From Candidatus Altimarinota bacterium (GTDB taxonomy: Bacteria; Patescibacteriota; Gracilibacteria; CAIRYL01): a stretch of DNA of 64,000 nucleotides. The number at the start of each line of letters is the position of its first letter. Positions within the stretch are counted from its first letter, which is position 1. The position numbers were made by a program, and so were the translations under genes. This document shows positions 19,839 through 29,193 of this stretch, piece after piece. The stretch lies in the NCBI GenBank assembly GCA_965250085.1, contig OZ252287.1:160001-224000 (forward strand). The letters are read 5' to 3'. The notes under the pieces are model-generated. The model did no database searches. It saw nothing but the letters and a program-made list of their open reading frames with translations, and was not told the DNA's origin.

Positions 19839-20930
19839 TTATTCATCAGTAGTTACCGCATTAAGAATTACTCGAGATGTTATATCAGGAAGTGAAATTT
19901 CAATTACTTTTTTTGGATTAATATAGTCTCCATATTCTTCTCGTTCTTCATTCCAATCCCAGTGACCGCCTAATTCATAGCGAACAATAGATGTATTTTT
20001 ATTATACTCACAATAAGAGTTGAATAATTCATCTTCACTACTTAGTTTTGTTGCAATATTAAAAATAATTTCAAAGTCCGGTACGCTATATATTAGTCCA
20101 TAGAATTCTCCAGCGAATTCATTGCTGGCGCAAGTAATGAGAAATTTTTCATCAGGAGAAAAATCCATAAGATCTGGAAAATGGTTTTGCAAAACAACAG
20201 CATTACTTTTAATATTATAAATTCTTCCCCCACTGTATTCCCACCCCCATGCTGTGTAAACCAAATAATTCCCTTTTGGTGAAAATTGAGGATCAGAAAA
20301 TCGTAATCCTCCTGTTACTATATTATCGTCCGCTTGTTCAATAATGACCTCTTGATCATTCTCCACGAGCATAACTAAGCTGAGGTCATTTTCAAGTTTT
20401 GCATATGCCTTACGATTTTCTAGATATGCAATTTCACCAAATATTCTTTCTGAAACAATAGGTTGTAAGAATTTATTATGCACAACCTCCGTAATAACTC
20501 TATAGTGAGACTCTCCTGAGTTTTCTTGTATACTGACAACAAACTCATACGTATTTAGATCCACTTGAGAAAAATTATATGGATGAGCTGCAGTAGTATC
20601 TTTATACCATTCACTGTAAACCTCAAAAGATGGGGATTTCGTCTGGTACATATCGTACGCTTCTAACAATTTTTGCTCTGAAAGGAGAGAATAATATTTT
20701 TGTATAGTGGTAATGTTTGGATCTTCTCCGGAGATTAATTCAAGTGGCTCAATTTGCTCCGATGGTAACTCAGGGGTCTCTGATTCAAATCCCTCAATTA
20801 TCTCTGGCTCTATCTCTATAATTGATTCGGATTCTGGCATAAGTGCAGACTCTATTGGGCTTTGAGTTTCCAAATGTTGGCAACCGATCAAGAAAAACAG
20901 AAAACAAAGGAAGAAAAAGAGATGTTTCAT
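19839..20930 (-). CDS. hypothetical lipoprotein with beta-propeller-like (FSPxG) segments
   Basis: MK + hydrophobic stretch + LIGC lipobox; PQFSPKGNYLVY and FSPDEKFLIT repeats. Confidence 0.75.
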   Translation of the reverse strand: MKHLFFFLCFLFFLIGCQHLETQSPIESALMPESESIIEIEPEIIEGFESETPELPSEQIEPLELISGEDPNITTIQKYYSLLSEQKLLEAYDMYQTKSPSFEVYSEWYKDTTAAHPYNFSQVDLNTYEFVVSIQENSGESHYRVITEVVHNKFLQPIVSERIFGEIAYLENRKAYAKLENDLSLVMLVENDQEVIIEQADDNIVTGGLRFSDPQFSPKGNYLVYTAWGWEYSGGRIYNIKSNAVVLQNHFPDLMDFSPDEKFLITCASNEFAGEFYGLIYSVPDFEIIFNIATKLSSEDELFNSYCEYNKNTSIVRYELGGHWDWNEEREEYGDYINPKKVIEISLPDITSRVILNAVTTDE

Positions 20931-20952
20931 ATTCTTTGGATGAAATTTAGTC

Positions 20953-20980
20953 GTAGCAACGTAGCAGTACTACGCTATTA
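20953..20980. repeat. GTAG-type REP-like imperfect palindrome
   Basis: gtagcaaCGTAGcagtaCTACGctattac. Confidence 0.4.
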
Positions 20981-21093
20981 CAGTACGGAATAATATGAAA
21001 TTATTCAAATTGAATGCCTTTTGAGCTTACCGATATTTATCCTTTGTACAATATATATGATGTAATGCTATGCCGGAAGATACCGAATAAAAA

Positions 21094-21498
21094 TTAATTG
21101 GGATAATTATGATCATGCATATTTCCAGGAAGTGTGATTAAAATTAAATCTATTAAAAAGCTTATATGTTGTATTTCAAGCCAATTAATACTTTGAGCAA
21201 ATTCTAAAATATGCTTGAGATCAGAAATGTTTTCAATTCCTTCAATAAATTTTTGCCTATAACTTAGGATTTCATCTTTAATATTTCTCATATTTTTTAC
21301 TTCTTCTACACGAGGAGGATGAGCAGAAGGATCAATTTTTAAGTAGAACTGATAAGGAGGATTTACTAAATTATTAAGCGTAACTCCTAAATCTTGAATA
21401 AGACATAAAAGAACTTCATCAGAAGACAGCCCTGATGATGTTTTTCTTTCATTCTCAGATCCAAAATCCAACGGGACTTCTAATTCATGTATTTGCAT
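21094..21498 (-). CDS. hypothetical protein (AT-rich orphan)
   Basis: Open frame; internal ATG (MQIHELEV) preferred over 21564. Confidence 0.55.
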   Translation of the reverse strand: MQIHELEVPLDFGSENERKTSSGLSSDEVLLCLIQDLGVTLNNLVNPPYQFYLKIDPSAHPPRVEEVKNMRNIKDEILSYRQKFIEGIENISDLKHILEFAQSINWLEIQHISFLIDLILITLPGNMHDHNYPN

Positions 21499-21748
21499 AA
21501 GAGTAATTATATTACAAAAATATATTAATATTTTTATAAAAAACCAATTGAAAATATTTCTCATAGATTTAGAATTCTGAGAAGGCCTTGAATCGAACGT
21601 AAATTTGCTCTGGCTGTAAAATGTCTATATGAATCATCGTATTGCTACAATTGATGAACACCTCCTAAATATTTTGCACAAGATACATTGTGCAAAGTTA
21701 TATAAATAGTGAAGTGACTCCTCCCCTCTCTAAAACCTATTGAAAATA

Positions 21749-22222
21749 TTATTTTTCTCCCACGGCAACTTTTGCAGGTCTCAAAATTTTTCCATGTAAG
21801 AGATATCCTTTTTGTAAAATTTTGGTCACAGTCCCCTTTTTCCCTTCTGCATCCATCACAACCGCCTCATGGCGCGCAGGGTCGAGTTCTCCGCCGGTTT
21901 CATTGATTTCCTGCAATCCTTCTTTTTTGAGCTCGGTAAAAAGCTGTTTTTCAAGAACAAGGACACCTTGCACCCATTCATTACTTTCCAGTTCTTCCGG
22001 GAGATTCTGAAGAGCCAGATCAAAATTATCAAATGTGGGAAGGAGAGGCTTCAGAATTGATCTTCCTGCCTCAAAAACAAGTCGAGAGCGATCTTCATCA
22101 CCCCTACGGCGCATATTTTGCAAATCAGCATTGAGACGCAATATATTTGCTTTCGCTTCACTGAGTTTTTGTTCCAGCTCTTTTGTTTTTTGAGAAGTAT
22201 CTTTATTGGCTTTCTTGGGCAT
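21749..22222 (-). CDS. grpE: nucleotide exchange factor GrpE
   Basis: ADLQNMRRR, LLPTFDNF, DPARHEAV, QKGYLLHGKILRPAKVAV. Confidence 0.95.
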   Translation of the reverse strand: MPKKANKDTSQKTKELEQKLSEAKANILRLNADLQNMRRRGDEDRSRLVFEAGRSILKPLLPTFDNFDLALQNLPEELESNEWVQGVLVLEKQLFTELKKEGLQEINETGGELDPARHEAVVMDAEGKKGTVTKILQKGYLLHGKILRPAKVAVGEK

Positions 22223-23669
22223 TATTTTGGGAAAAAAAGTCAGCAAAATTATTGAGGATATCCTCGAGAGGTCGAGGTTCTTCTTTTTTTGGTGGTTCTA
22301 AATGAGCGAGTATATTTTGCGTAAAAAGGTCCTTAAAATCAATATTTTGCCATTCTTCACCAGAGATAGCAGTAAGGGCACTTTGAGAAAAAATTCCATT
22401 TTCAACTCCTAGCAAAAGTGGTGTCTCTCCAGTTCTGAGAAGGTGTTCTTTGGATTTTTGAGGAGAAAACGTCAGTATCTCTACGAGAGACCATGCAAAT
22501 TCTGGGTGCTGTGTATCTTCAGATATTCCTAATCCCCAGATGGTTCCGTATGTTTGGGCGTTTTGTGTATTAAATTGTGGCAGAAGGTGCAGCTCAAAAT
22601 CTCTTTCTTTGAGATCATTTGTTTTAGGATTTGTGTTATTTCTGAGTTTTTCTTTTACACGAGCAGCAGTGCGTTCATTCCCAAAGAGAACTCCTATCTT
22701 CCCCTCTAAAAAAGCAGTTTCCTCCCCTCTTTTTTGAATACTGGAGGGAATATCTTTTGCAAAACTCAAAAGAAATGAAAGTGCATCAAGCGCTGATTTT
22801 TGATGAAAATTCTGAGTACGTGATTGATGGAGAAGAGATAAAAAAACCTCAAATGTAAATGAAGAAAATTCTGCATCCCCCAAACTAATAGGCAAAATCT
22901 TTTTTGGATCTGAGAACTGTTTATATTTTTGAAAGTTTTGAAACAGTTCTGCCCATGTGTTTCCTGGCTTGTTGGCGACAAATATACGATCATCAGTGAG
23001 AAGTGCCGAATTAGACAGCATAACAACAAAATTTCCAAATAATGGAGCGGCAAAAACACTCTCCTCTTCAGTAAATCTGAGAGATACAGGATAAAAATCT
23101 TTTTTGATTTTTTTTACGGAAAAAATGTGATTTGGTGCAGGGAGTAAGTTTTTATTCTTCTTGAATTTTAGAAAATATTCTTCATTTACCAAAAAAATAT
23201 CAGGCGAGGAGTTTCTCTGAAATGCCTTTTGAAGTTCATCAAAATAGACATCTTCAGATGCAAAAGTGGTCAAATGTAATGAAAGTTGAGGATATTTACC
23301 CTCAAGTCGCTGAAAATATTGCGTATATATTTCTGCAGTTTCTCCTAAAATCCAGATGCTAAGCTCCGTTTCCGTTTCAGGAAGGAGAAGCTCTATTTTT
23401 CTTTCTGAAACCCGGCCAAGCTCATATAATAGACGCTTGTACATATTGTCTGATGTTTTTATGAATGTAGTAAGATGGAAAAAATAAGAAGCAGGAAATG
23501 GAGCATGCGAAAAAATAAAACTCTGTAATGTGCTTTTGTACACAGCAGAGGGAAGTGAAGATTGAGGTGCTTGAGCGCTTATAGAAGATGTCCCCAGAAA
23601 GCAGAACGCAAAAAAAAGAAAGATACCTCTCTGGAAGACTGAAAAAGAATTTTTTATGATACAAGGCAT
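22203..23669 (-). CDS. divergent extracellular solute-binding protein (ABC sugar-binding-like fold)
   Basis: Signal-like N-terminus, ELSIW, SPDIFLV, FAAPL, TWAEL, AFLEGKIG, WGLGIS..HPEFAW; start uncertain. Confidence 0.7.
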   Translation of the reverse strand: MPCIIKNSFSVFQRGIFLFFAFCFLGTSSISAQAPQSSLPSAVYKSTLQSFIFSHAPFPASYFFHLTTFIKTSDNMYKRLLYELGRVSERKIELLLPETETELSIWILGETAEIYTQYFQRLEGKYPQLSLHLTTFASEDVYFDELQKAFQRNSSPDIFLVNEEYFLKFKKNKNLLPAPNHIFSVKKIKKDFYPVSLRFTEEESVFAAPLFGNFVVMLSNSALLTDDRIFVANKPGNTWAELFQNFQKYKQFSDPKKILPISLGDAEFSSFTFEVFLSLLHQSRTQNFHQKSALDALSFLLSFAKDIPSSIQKRGEETAFLEGKIGVLFGNERTAARVKEKLRNNTNPKTNDLKERDFELHLLPQFNTQNAQTYGTIWGLGISEDTQHPEFAWSLVEILTFSPQKSKEHLLRTGETPLLLGVENGIFSQSALTAISGEEWQNIDFKDLFTQNILAHLEPPKKEEPRPLEDILNNFADFFSQNNAQESQ

Positions 23670-23694
23670 TTCTGCTACAAAATAAGAAAAAAGA

Positions 23695-24423
23695 TTAATT
23701 TTCCAGAAATTTCTCATTCAAAAATGTTCGAGTTGCTTCGAGTGCAATGATATTTCTTTTATAGGGCATTCTCATTGGTCCTAAAATCCCGATACTCCCC
23801 TTCTTTCCTAAAATATCAAACTCCGAAACCAGGAGAGAGCACGTTTCAAAGTCTTCCAAAAAATTCTCTGACCCGATAAATAAATTAATTTCTTCCCCTA
23901 CTTCCATTTTCTCCAGAGCATCTGCAAAATCTTCTTCGAGTACTTTTACTATCTGGCTCGCCAAATCTGTATTTTTTTGAAACTCTGGCTCTCTCAAAAT
24001 GTTAGAGATTCCCAAAAAAAATGTTTGATGCGCACTGGGAACAGTAGCAAAAGCAATATTGGGGGTAATTTTTGTCAAAATAGAAATCGCATCAAACACT
24101 CTTTGATCCGCAAGCTTTTCATTATAGTGTTCATCTCGTGCCAAAGAAAACTCTGTTTGCACCTTTTTTTTCTCAGCAGCACTTATTCCCAATTCATCTA
24201 CATAAAATCGATATCCTCGAGCTGTAGGGACTCTTCCAGCAGAAGTATGAGGGTGTTCCAAAAATCCTTCTTTTTCCAGGAGTGCCATCTCATTACGAAT
24301 CGTTGCTGGTGAAATATGAAAATGTTCTTTTTCCTGAATCACCTTACTTCCCACAGGACTGGCTGTAGTAATAAAGTTGCGAATAATCGCCTTTAAGATG
24401 CTTTGTCTCCTCTGTTTCATCAT
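23695..24423 (-). CDS. hrcA: heat-inducible transcription repressor HrcA (short form)
   Basis: PVGSK, SPATIRNEM, HPHTSAGRVPTARGYRFYVD, IGILGPMRMPY. Confidence 0.95.
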   Translation of the reverse strand: MMKQRRQSILKAIIRNFITTASPVGSKVIQEKEHFHISPATIRNEMALLEKEGFLEHPHTSAGRVPTARGYRFYVDELGISAAEKKKVQTEFSLARDEHYNEKLADQRVFDAISILTKITPNIAFATVPSAHQTFFLGISNILREPEFQKNTDLASQIVKVLEEDFADALEKMEVGEEINLFIGSENFLEDFETCSLLVSEFDILGKKGSIGILGPMRMPYKRNIIALEATRTFLNEKFLEN

Positions 24424-24430
24424 CTTTATT

Positions 24431-24457
24431 TTAGCAGAAACAAGGCAAGACTGCCAG
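24431..24457. promoter_or_regulatory. degenerate CIRCE immediately upstream of hrcA
   Basis: TTAGCAgaa-N9-GAcTGCcAg, 6/9 match in each arm, correct spacing, 7 nt from start codon. Confidence 0.55.
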
Positions 24458-24679
24458 TATAGTCATGTACCAAATGCGGCAAGTAGGAAGCAGTAAGGAA
24501 TAAGAATTAAGGAGCAGGTAGCAAAGGTTTAAAATGAATTTTTGCTGATTCATGTTTCAAAGGAACTCTTTCAGGGTTCTATAATTCATGTTCCATGATT
24601 CTTCATTCGTAATTGATTACATTTGTATATGGAGTTTAATTTTAATAATTGTTAAAATAATATTAGTTTATAACTATTT

Positions 24680-25165
24680 ATGACCTCAAATCTATCTGCC
24701 GTCTATCAAAAACGTATTCTTCTGGTAGAGGATGAAGCTCCTTTGAGAAGAATATTTTCCCAAAGGCTCCAAAAAAGAGGCTTTCAAGTATTGGAAGCTT
24801 CGGGTGGACTGGAAGGACTCGAGATAGCTCTTAAAAAGATTCCGGACCTTATTTTGCTGGATATCATCATGCCAGGTATGAACGGTTTAACGATGCTGAG
24901 GAAATTAAGAAAAGTCCATCAGGGAAAAAATATCCCCGTTATTATTCTCTCCAATGTTGAAAATCTAGAAATGGCTATCAGTCTTTTTGATCATGGATAT
25001 TCTTATGCACAAAACATTTCTCCTGCAGAGAGTACGTCTGAACATATCAAAAAGTATTTAGACATTCATCTTGATGGTGGTATTGTGGACTACTTCGTCA
25101 AAATAGATACTGATTTTCAAAAACTCACTTCACGCATACGGGAAGTTTTATTTACTCCTTCCTAA
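24680..25165 (+). CDS. single-domain response regulator receiver with internal insertion
   Basis: LLVEDE, PDLILLDIIMP, IPVIILSN, DYFVK. Confidence 0.88.
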   Translation: MTSNLSAVYQKRILLVEDEAPLRRIFSQRLQKRGFQVLEASGGLEGLEIALKKIPDLILLDIIMPGMNGLTMLRKLRKVHQGKNIPVIILSNVENLEMAISLFDHGYSYAQNISPAESTSEHIKKYLDIHLDGGIVDYFVKIDTDFQKLTSRIREVLFTPS

Positions 25166-25179
25166 AGTACTTAGAAGTG

Positions 25180-25370
25180 AAAAATGCAAAGAAAACCGAA
25201 AAACAATTTTAAATTTAAAAGGTAAAAAGAATTTTCAATTTCTAATCTTTAAACAATTCTCAATATTTTCAATTTTTTAAAGATTAGGACTTAGAATTTA
25301 TTTTTACACTTGCTCGTTATCGTCCAGTGTTGTGGGACGGAGGTTGATTTAAAATTTTATATTTTGCACT
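25180..25370. repeat. AT-rich intergenic element with ~7-nt periodic motifs and a central GC hairpin
   Basis: aattttc/aattttt/ttaggac/ttagaat units; cgtcc..ggacg near 25321-25339; right end resembles reverse complement of 33849-33872. Confidence 0.45.
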
Positions 25371-25410
25371 ATAAATCCAAGTTCTCTTTTGTTAGAAAAC
25401 ATTCTCATAT

Positions 25411-26115
25411 TTAAGATGCTTCAGCACCTTTCTCTTTCTCAAAATCTTTATCTACTTCCCCTGCAAGGGCTCCTTGTTCGTGTACTTGAGACTCAAGATT
25501 CTGGAGAATTTTTTCAAAAAATCCATTTGTGAATCCACGGAGATTATCAATTGGGGGGACATCCATTTTTTTGAATACAAAAAATTGCTGAAGCACAGCG
25601 GCTGCAAGCTCTGGCAAATGAGTATCCATTTCCCAACTCTGATGATTTACCAATGTTTCTAGGGCTTTATGTGGCTCTGCAGTCATTACTGCGGCAATAT
25701 TTTGTGTCCACCGAGATATATGAGCTTTGATTTCAGGAGGAAATGAAGATGTTTGCCCCTTGGTAAAGTCTTCCTTGGGAAGAGTTAGTTTTTTTTCTTC
25801 AATAGCCTTGGCAGACTCTTGATGAATTAAAGAGAGAACTGCCAAAATAATATCTGAGGGTACATTTTTTGCGACTATTCGTGAGATCAGAAGAAAAAAT
25901 TGAGTAAATCGCTCATCGCTTAAAAACTGAACGATAATATGAGCCAGAGCGTTGTCTTGCTTCTTCTTTTTTCCCTCTTCTTTTTTTATTTTTTTAATGG
26001 CAGCTTGCGTTTTTTTGTACTGATCACGAAACCGCTCATATGCTTCCTGCGTCACTTCTTGCCCACTAGGAGCAGAGGCGTCACCACTTTCAAAAAGATC
26101 AAAATCTTCTGCCAT
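25411..26115 (-). CDS. hypothetical protein (coiled-coil N-terminus)
   Basis: 234-aa ATG ORF with typical composition. Confidence 0.75.
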   Translation of the reverse strand: MAEDFDLFESGDASAPSGQEVTQEAYERFRDQYKKTQAAIKKIKKEEGKKKKQDNALAHIIVQFLSDERFTQFFLLISRIVAKNVPSDIILAVLSLIHQESAKAIEEKKLTLPKEDFTKGQTSSFPPEIKAHISRWTQNIAAVMTAEPHKALETLVNHQSWEMDTHLPELAAAVLQQFFVFKKMDVPPIDNLRGFTNGFFEKILQNLESQVHEQGALAGEVDKDFEKEKGAEAS

Positions 26116-26238
26116 AGTTTTTCTTATTCAAAAAAATCAATGCCATTGTATCGAAAATAAAAATCAATGCCACTGATAAATTTTGCTTTTCTTCCTCTTT
26201 TTTTGTTTTAATACGTCCATACACTCTCTCTCGTTTGC

Positions 26239-26982
26239 ATGATCGATATTGGTACAAAGGCAGATGCTCTAATACAAGGACTGAAGAAGTACTTTGAAAA
26301 GCATAATTTCCAAAAGGGAGTTGTGGGTATTTCTGGCGGTGTGGATTCGGCAGTTACTGCAGCAATTGCTTCAAAAGCTTTGGGGAATGAAAATGTGCAA
26401 GGACTTATCCTTCCTCACTCCAAGTTTTCAAGTGTAAAAAATATGCGCGATGCCCATGAAGTGGCTGATTTTTTGAGTATTGAAAAAAAAGAAATTCAGA
26501 TAGATGATTTCGCAAAAAACTTTCTCAATCTTCCCTGGACAGAGGAGGCTCTTACCAAAGCTAATATTTATGCACGTGTGCGTATGGTGATATTGTACTC
26601 ATGGGCCAATGAGCACAATGCGTTGGTTTTTGGGACATGTAATAAAAGTGAGACACTGCTCGGATATGAAACCAAATTTGGAGACGGTGCATGCGATGTT
26701 TCGATCCTCGGAAGCCTTTGGAAAACAGAAGTATGGGAAATGGCTAACTATTTTGGATTTCCCGAAAAATTTATTACCAAGGCTCCTTCCGCAGAGCTCA
26801 TGAAAGACCATAGTGACGAAGACGAACTCGGGTATACCTATGAGTACGCTGATACAATTTTACAAAAATGGGAAAAAGATGAGAGGCTTGATGAAAATGA
26901 TCCCAAAGTTCGAGATATTCTCCATCGTATCAAAGTCAATGAGCATAAGAGGATGCATCCTCCTATACTATCTACTGATTAG
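26239..26982 (+). CDS. nadE: NH3-dependent NAD+ synthetase
   Basis: GISGGVDS, NIYARVRM, NKSE..GYxTKFGDG, APSAEL, NEHKR. Confidence 0.96.
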   Translation: MIDIGTKADALIQGLKKYFEKHNFQKGVVGISGGVDSAVTAAIASKALGNENVQGLILPHSKFSSVKNMRDAHEVADFLSIEKKEIQIDDFAKNFLNLPWTEEALTKANIYARVRMVILYSWANEHNALVFGTCNKSETLLGYETKFGDGACDVSILGSLWKTEVWEMANYFGFPEKFITKAPSAELMKDHSDEDELGYTYEYADTILQKWEKDERLDENDPKVRDILHRIKVNEHKRMHPPILSTD

Positions 26983-27063
26983 ACAGTATTAAATCTTACT
27001 CGAACTGTACAATTCTTACGGTCATTTTTGAGGACGAAGAAGGACTCTTTCCTATGGAAAATT

Positions 27064-27582
27064 TTATGCTGCGAGGGATGTCTGCCGTATTTTATTAATC
27101 TCTTTATTGTCCCCTCTTTGAAAAAGTCGAACGAGATTGTTTCTCGTAGTTCCTGCACGAGAGGCTATGGTGGATACCTTTGAAACTTCTGCAGCATAGG
27201 CACGGGTATTGCCCGTGGTTTCCGCAGTGGCAAGTTCGGTAAGTCCTTCATTAAATCCATTATCAGCAACAGCTACTCCATCTGAACGCTGCTGATTCGC
27301 CTTGTGCCATGCTTCGTGCACAGCCACATGAGCAAAAACATTTGGATCTCTATCGAGCAAAAGATCTTCTTCAAGCTCTATTTGTGTACTTCCCCTGTGA
27401 AAAAGCCCAGCAGTATAACCTGGCAATGCTTTGAGTGTAGCATTTCCCACATCAATACTGGTTGCTCTGCGGGCAGTGGTAATAGCTTCATGTATACGGT
27501 CAGATGCTTCCGGCGCATTTGGAACTTCAAGAGACTGATCCTGATCTTCAAGCCGCCGTGCTGCTTCCAAAAGTGTTGTCAT
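27064..27582 (-). CDS. small zincin-like (HExxH) metallopeptidase domain protein
   Basis: HVAVHEAWH followed by FNEGLTE; TATAAT 9 nt upstream of ATG 27582. Confidence 0.7.
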   Translation of the reverse strand: MTTLLEAARRLEDQDQSLEVPNAPEASDRIHEAITTARRATSIDVGNATLKALPGYTAGLFHRGSTQIELEEDLLLDRDPNVFAHVAVHEAWHKANQQRSDGVAVADNGFNEGLTELATAETTGNTRAYAAEVSKVSTIASRAGTTRNNLVRLFQRGDNKEINKIRQTSLAA

Positions 27583-27599
27583 ACCTGAGGGATTATACA

Positions 27600-29030
27600 C
27601 TACGCAAACATTCGATCCCAAAGGATGTATTTGAGGCGCTTGAATCCCCTTTTCTTTCGTTCTGGAGAAAGTGCGACCGCGCATGCTCCCCAAAACAAGA
27701 GAGACACTACAGAGCTTTCCCATGAATGGAGCTTGAGACACATAATAGAAATTCCAATCAAGCTACAAAAGAGTGCCTGAGCTCTCCAAGTTTGCTTTCT
27801 GAGCAACTCCTTTCCCAGGAAGAATACAATTCCAAAAAATAAAAATAATCCTGGCCAACCAGTATCAATACCTACTTGTAGATACCAGCTTTCCGGAATA
27901 AAACCAATGCGATTTTCATAAAATCGTGTAGAAGCAGGTCCAGAATCACCCAAGCCGGTTCCCAATGGATGCATTATAATATGTCTCAGGCCGTCACGAC
28001 TGCGTTCAAAATGCCCTTGAGAAGATGAGGCCCGATATACTACTTGGCAAAAAGCACGAGTGAGAAGACCGTGCTCTTGTTGCTCATCGATTTGCTCAAA
28101 ATTAGAAAAGACTCCACAGGTTTCGCTATATGGTCTGGGGACAGCAATAAACAGTGCTGCTATCATCAAAAAACCAAGAGCTCCTCCGCTCCATAAAAGA
28201 TATCGAAACCACTTCTGATGTCTAAACAGGAACAGAAAGGCAAGCGCTAAAGCGACCAGCATGCCTCCCCATGCAGCTCGAGAGTATGCAAATATAAGAC
28301 AAAAAATACCCAAACAAAAGAGGGTCATTCCAAAGGCTCTGAAAGATGCGTTTTTTCTGATTTCCTTTTTCCTTTTATATTGATGAAATGTGAGAAAAAA
28401 AGTGAGAGGTAATATCAAGAGGAGATATGCTCCAAATTGATTAGGACCACTCAAAAACGACTGCAATCGGCATGTGTCAGTAAAAGAGATCTTCTGGCAA
28501 TAGGAAACCGGTGAACCAGGATCAAAAACACTAAATTCAGGGGTATATCCAAAATGCGTCAAAAAATCTTGTGGAAGAAATTTTTGAAATACTCCAAAAA
28601 GTACTACTCCCGCCCCTGTAAAAACCACGAGCCGGAAAATGCCAGATTTCTCACTTTTTGAAAAAGGAACATGCCGAAGAACTAGAAAAAAGACAAGGAA
28701 TGATAGTGAATAGCGTGCTCCCCAAAGAATGCGCACAATGTCGTCTTGCCAACGGACAAGCCCTGTTATGAGTGACCAGCTCACATAAAGAATGATAAAC
28801 AGGTCAAGAATATCTAACTTTGGAAAGGGAATCTTTTTTTGTAAAAATTGCATCCCAATAAAAACTATCAAAATACCTGCTAAAATCTCTTTCCATGCAG
28901 AGAGCAAAAGTGGCGGACTTGTAGCAATGTCAAAAAATATTGCATTTACGGTTGTTACCAAAAATGCATGGAAAGGGAGGAATGCAAAGATAATTGCCAA
29001 GAGAAGAAAAGGGATGTTTTTCGTATTCAT
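27600..29030 (-). CDS. O-antigen ligase/Wzy_C family membrane protein
   Basis: Many TM segments; RLQSFLSGPNQFGAYL, YSRAAW, PLGTGLG, ESWYLQVGIDTGWPG. Confidence 0.88.
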   Translation of the reverse strand: MNTKNIPFLLLAIIFAFLPFHAFLVTTVNAIFFDIATSPPLLLSAWKEILAGILIVFIGMQFLQKKIPFPKLDILDLFIILYVSWSLITGLVRWQDDIVRILWGARYSLSFLVFFLVLRHVPFSKSEKSGIFRLVVFTGAGVVLFGVFQKFLPQDFLTHFGYTPEFSVFDPGSPVSYCQKISFTDTCRLQSFLSGPNQFGAYLLLILPLTFFLTFHQYKRKKEIRKNASFRAFGMTLFCLGIFCLIFAYSRAAWGGMLVALALAFLFLFRHQKWFRYLLWSGGALGFLMIAALFIAVPRPYSETCGVFSNFEQIDEQQEHGLLTRAFCQVVYRASSSQGHFERSRDGLRHIIMHPLGTGLGDSGPASTRFYENRIGFIPESWYLQVGIDTGWPGLFLFFGIVFFLGKELLRKQTWRAQALFCSLIGISIMCLKLHSWESSVVSLLFWGACAVALSPERKKRGFKRLKYILWDRMFA

Positions 29031-29193
29031 ACTTCGCACCACATTGTTTCAAAAAATATTTCAAGAGAAAAGAAAGAAAGCAGTTTTTGTTTTACATATT
29101 TCTATTTTCTTGTCGAGGGTGTTTGATTGCGAAAAAGTCATTTTTTCTGGTATAATGACGGGATACTTCAAAAAAATAAAAACACATACCACT

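Noticed and set aside
28792-29193. Long N-terminal extension of the 519-aa ORF
   Set aside because: Overlaps the divergent ligase gene; ATG 29194 gives a clean signal peptide
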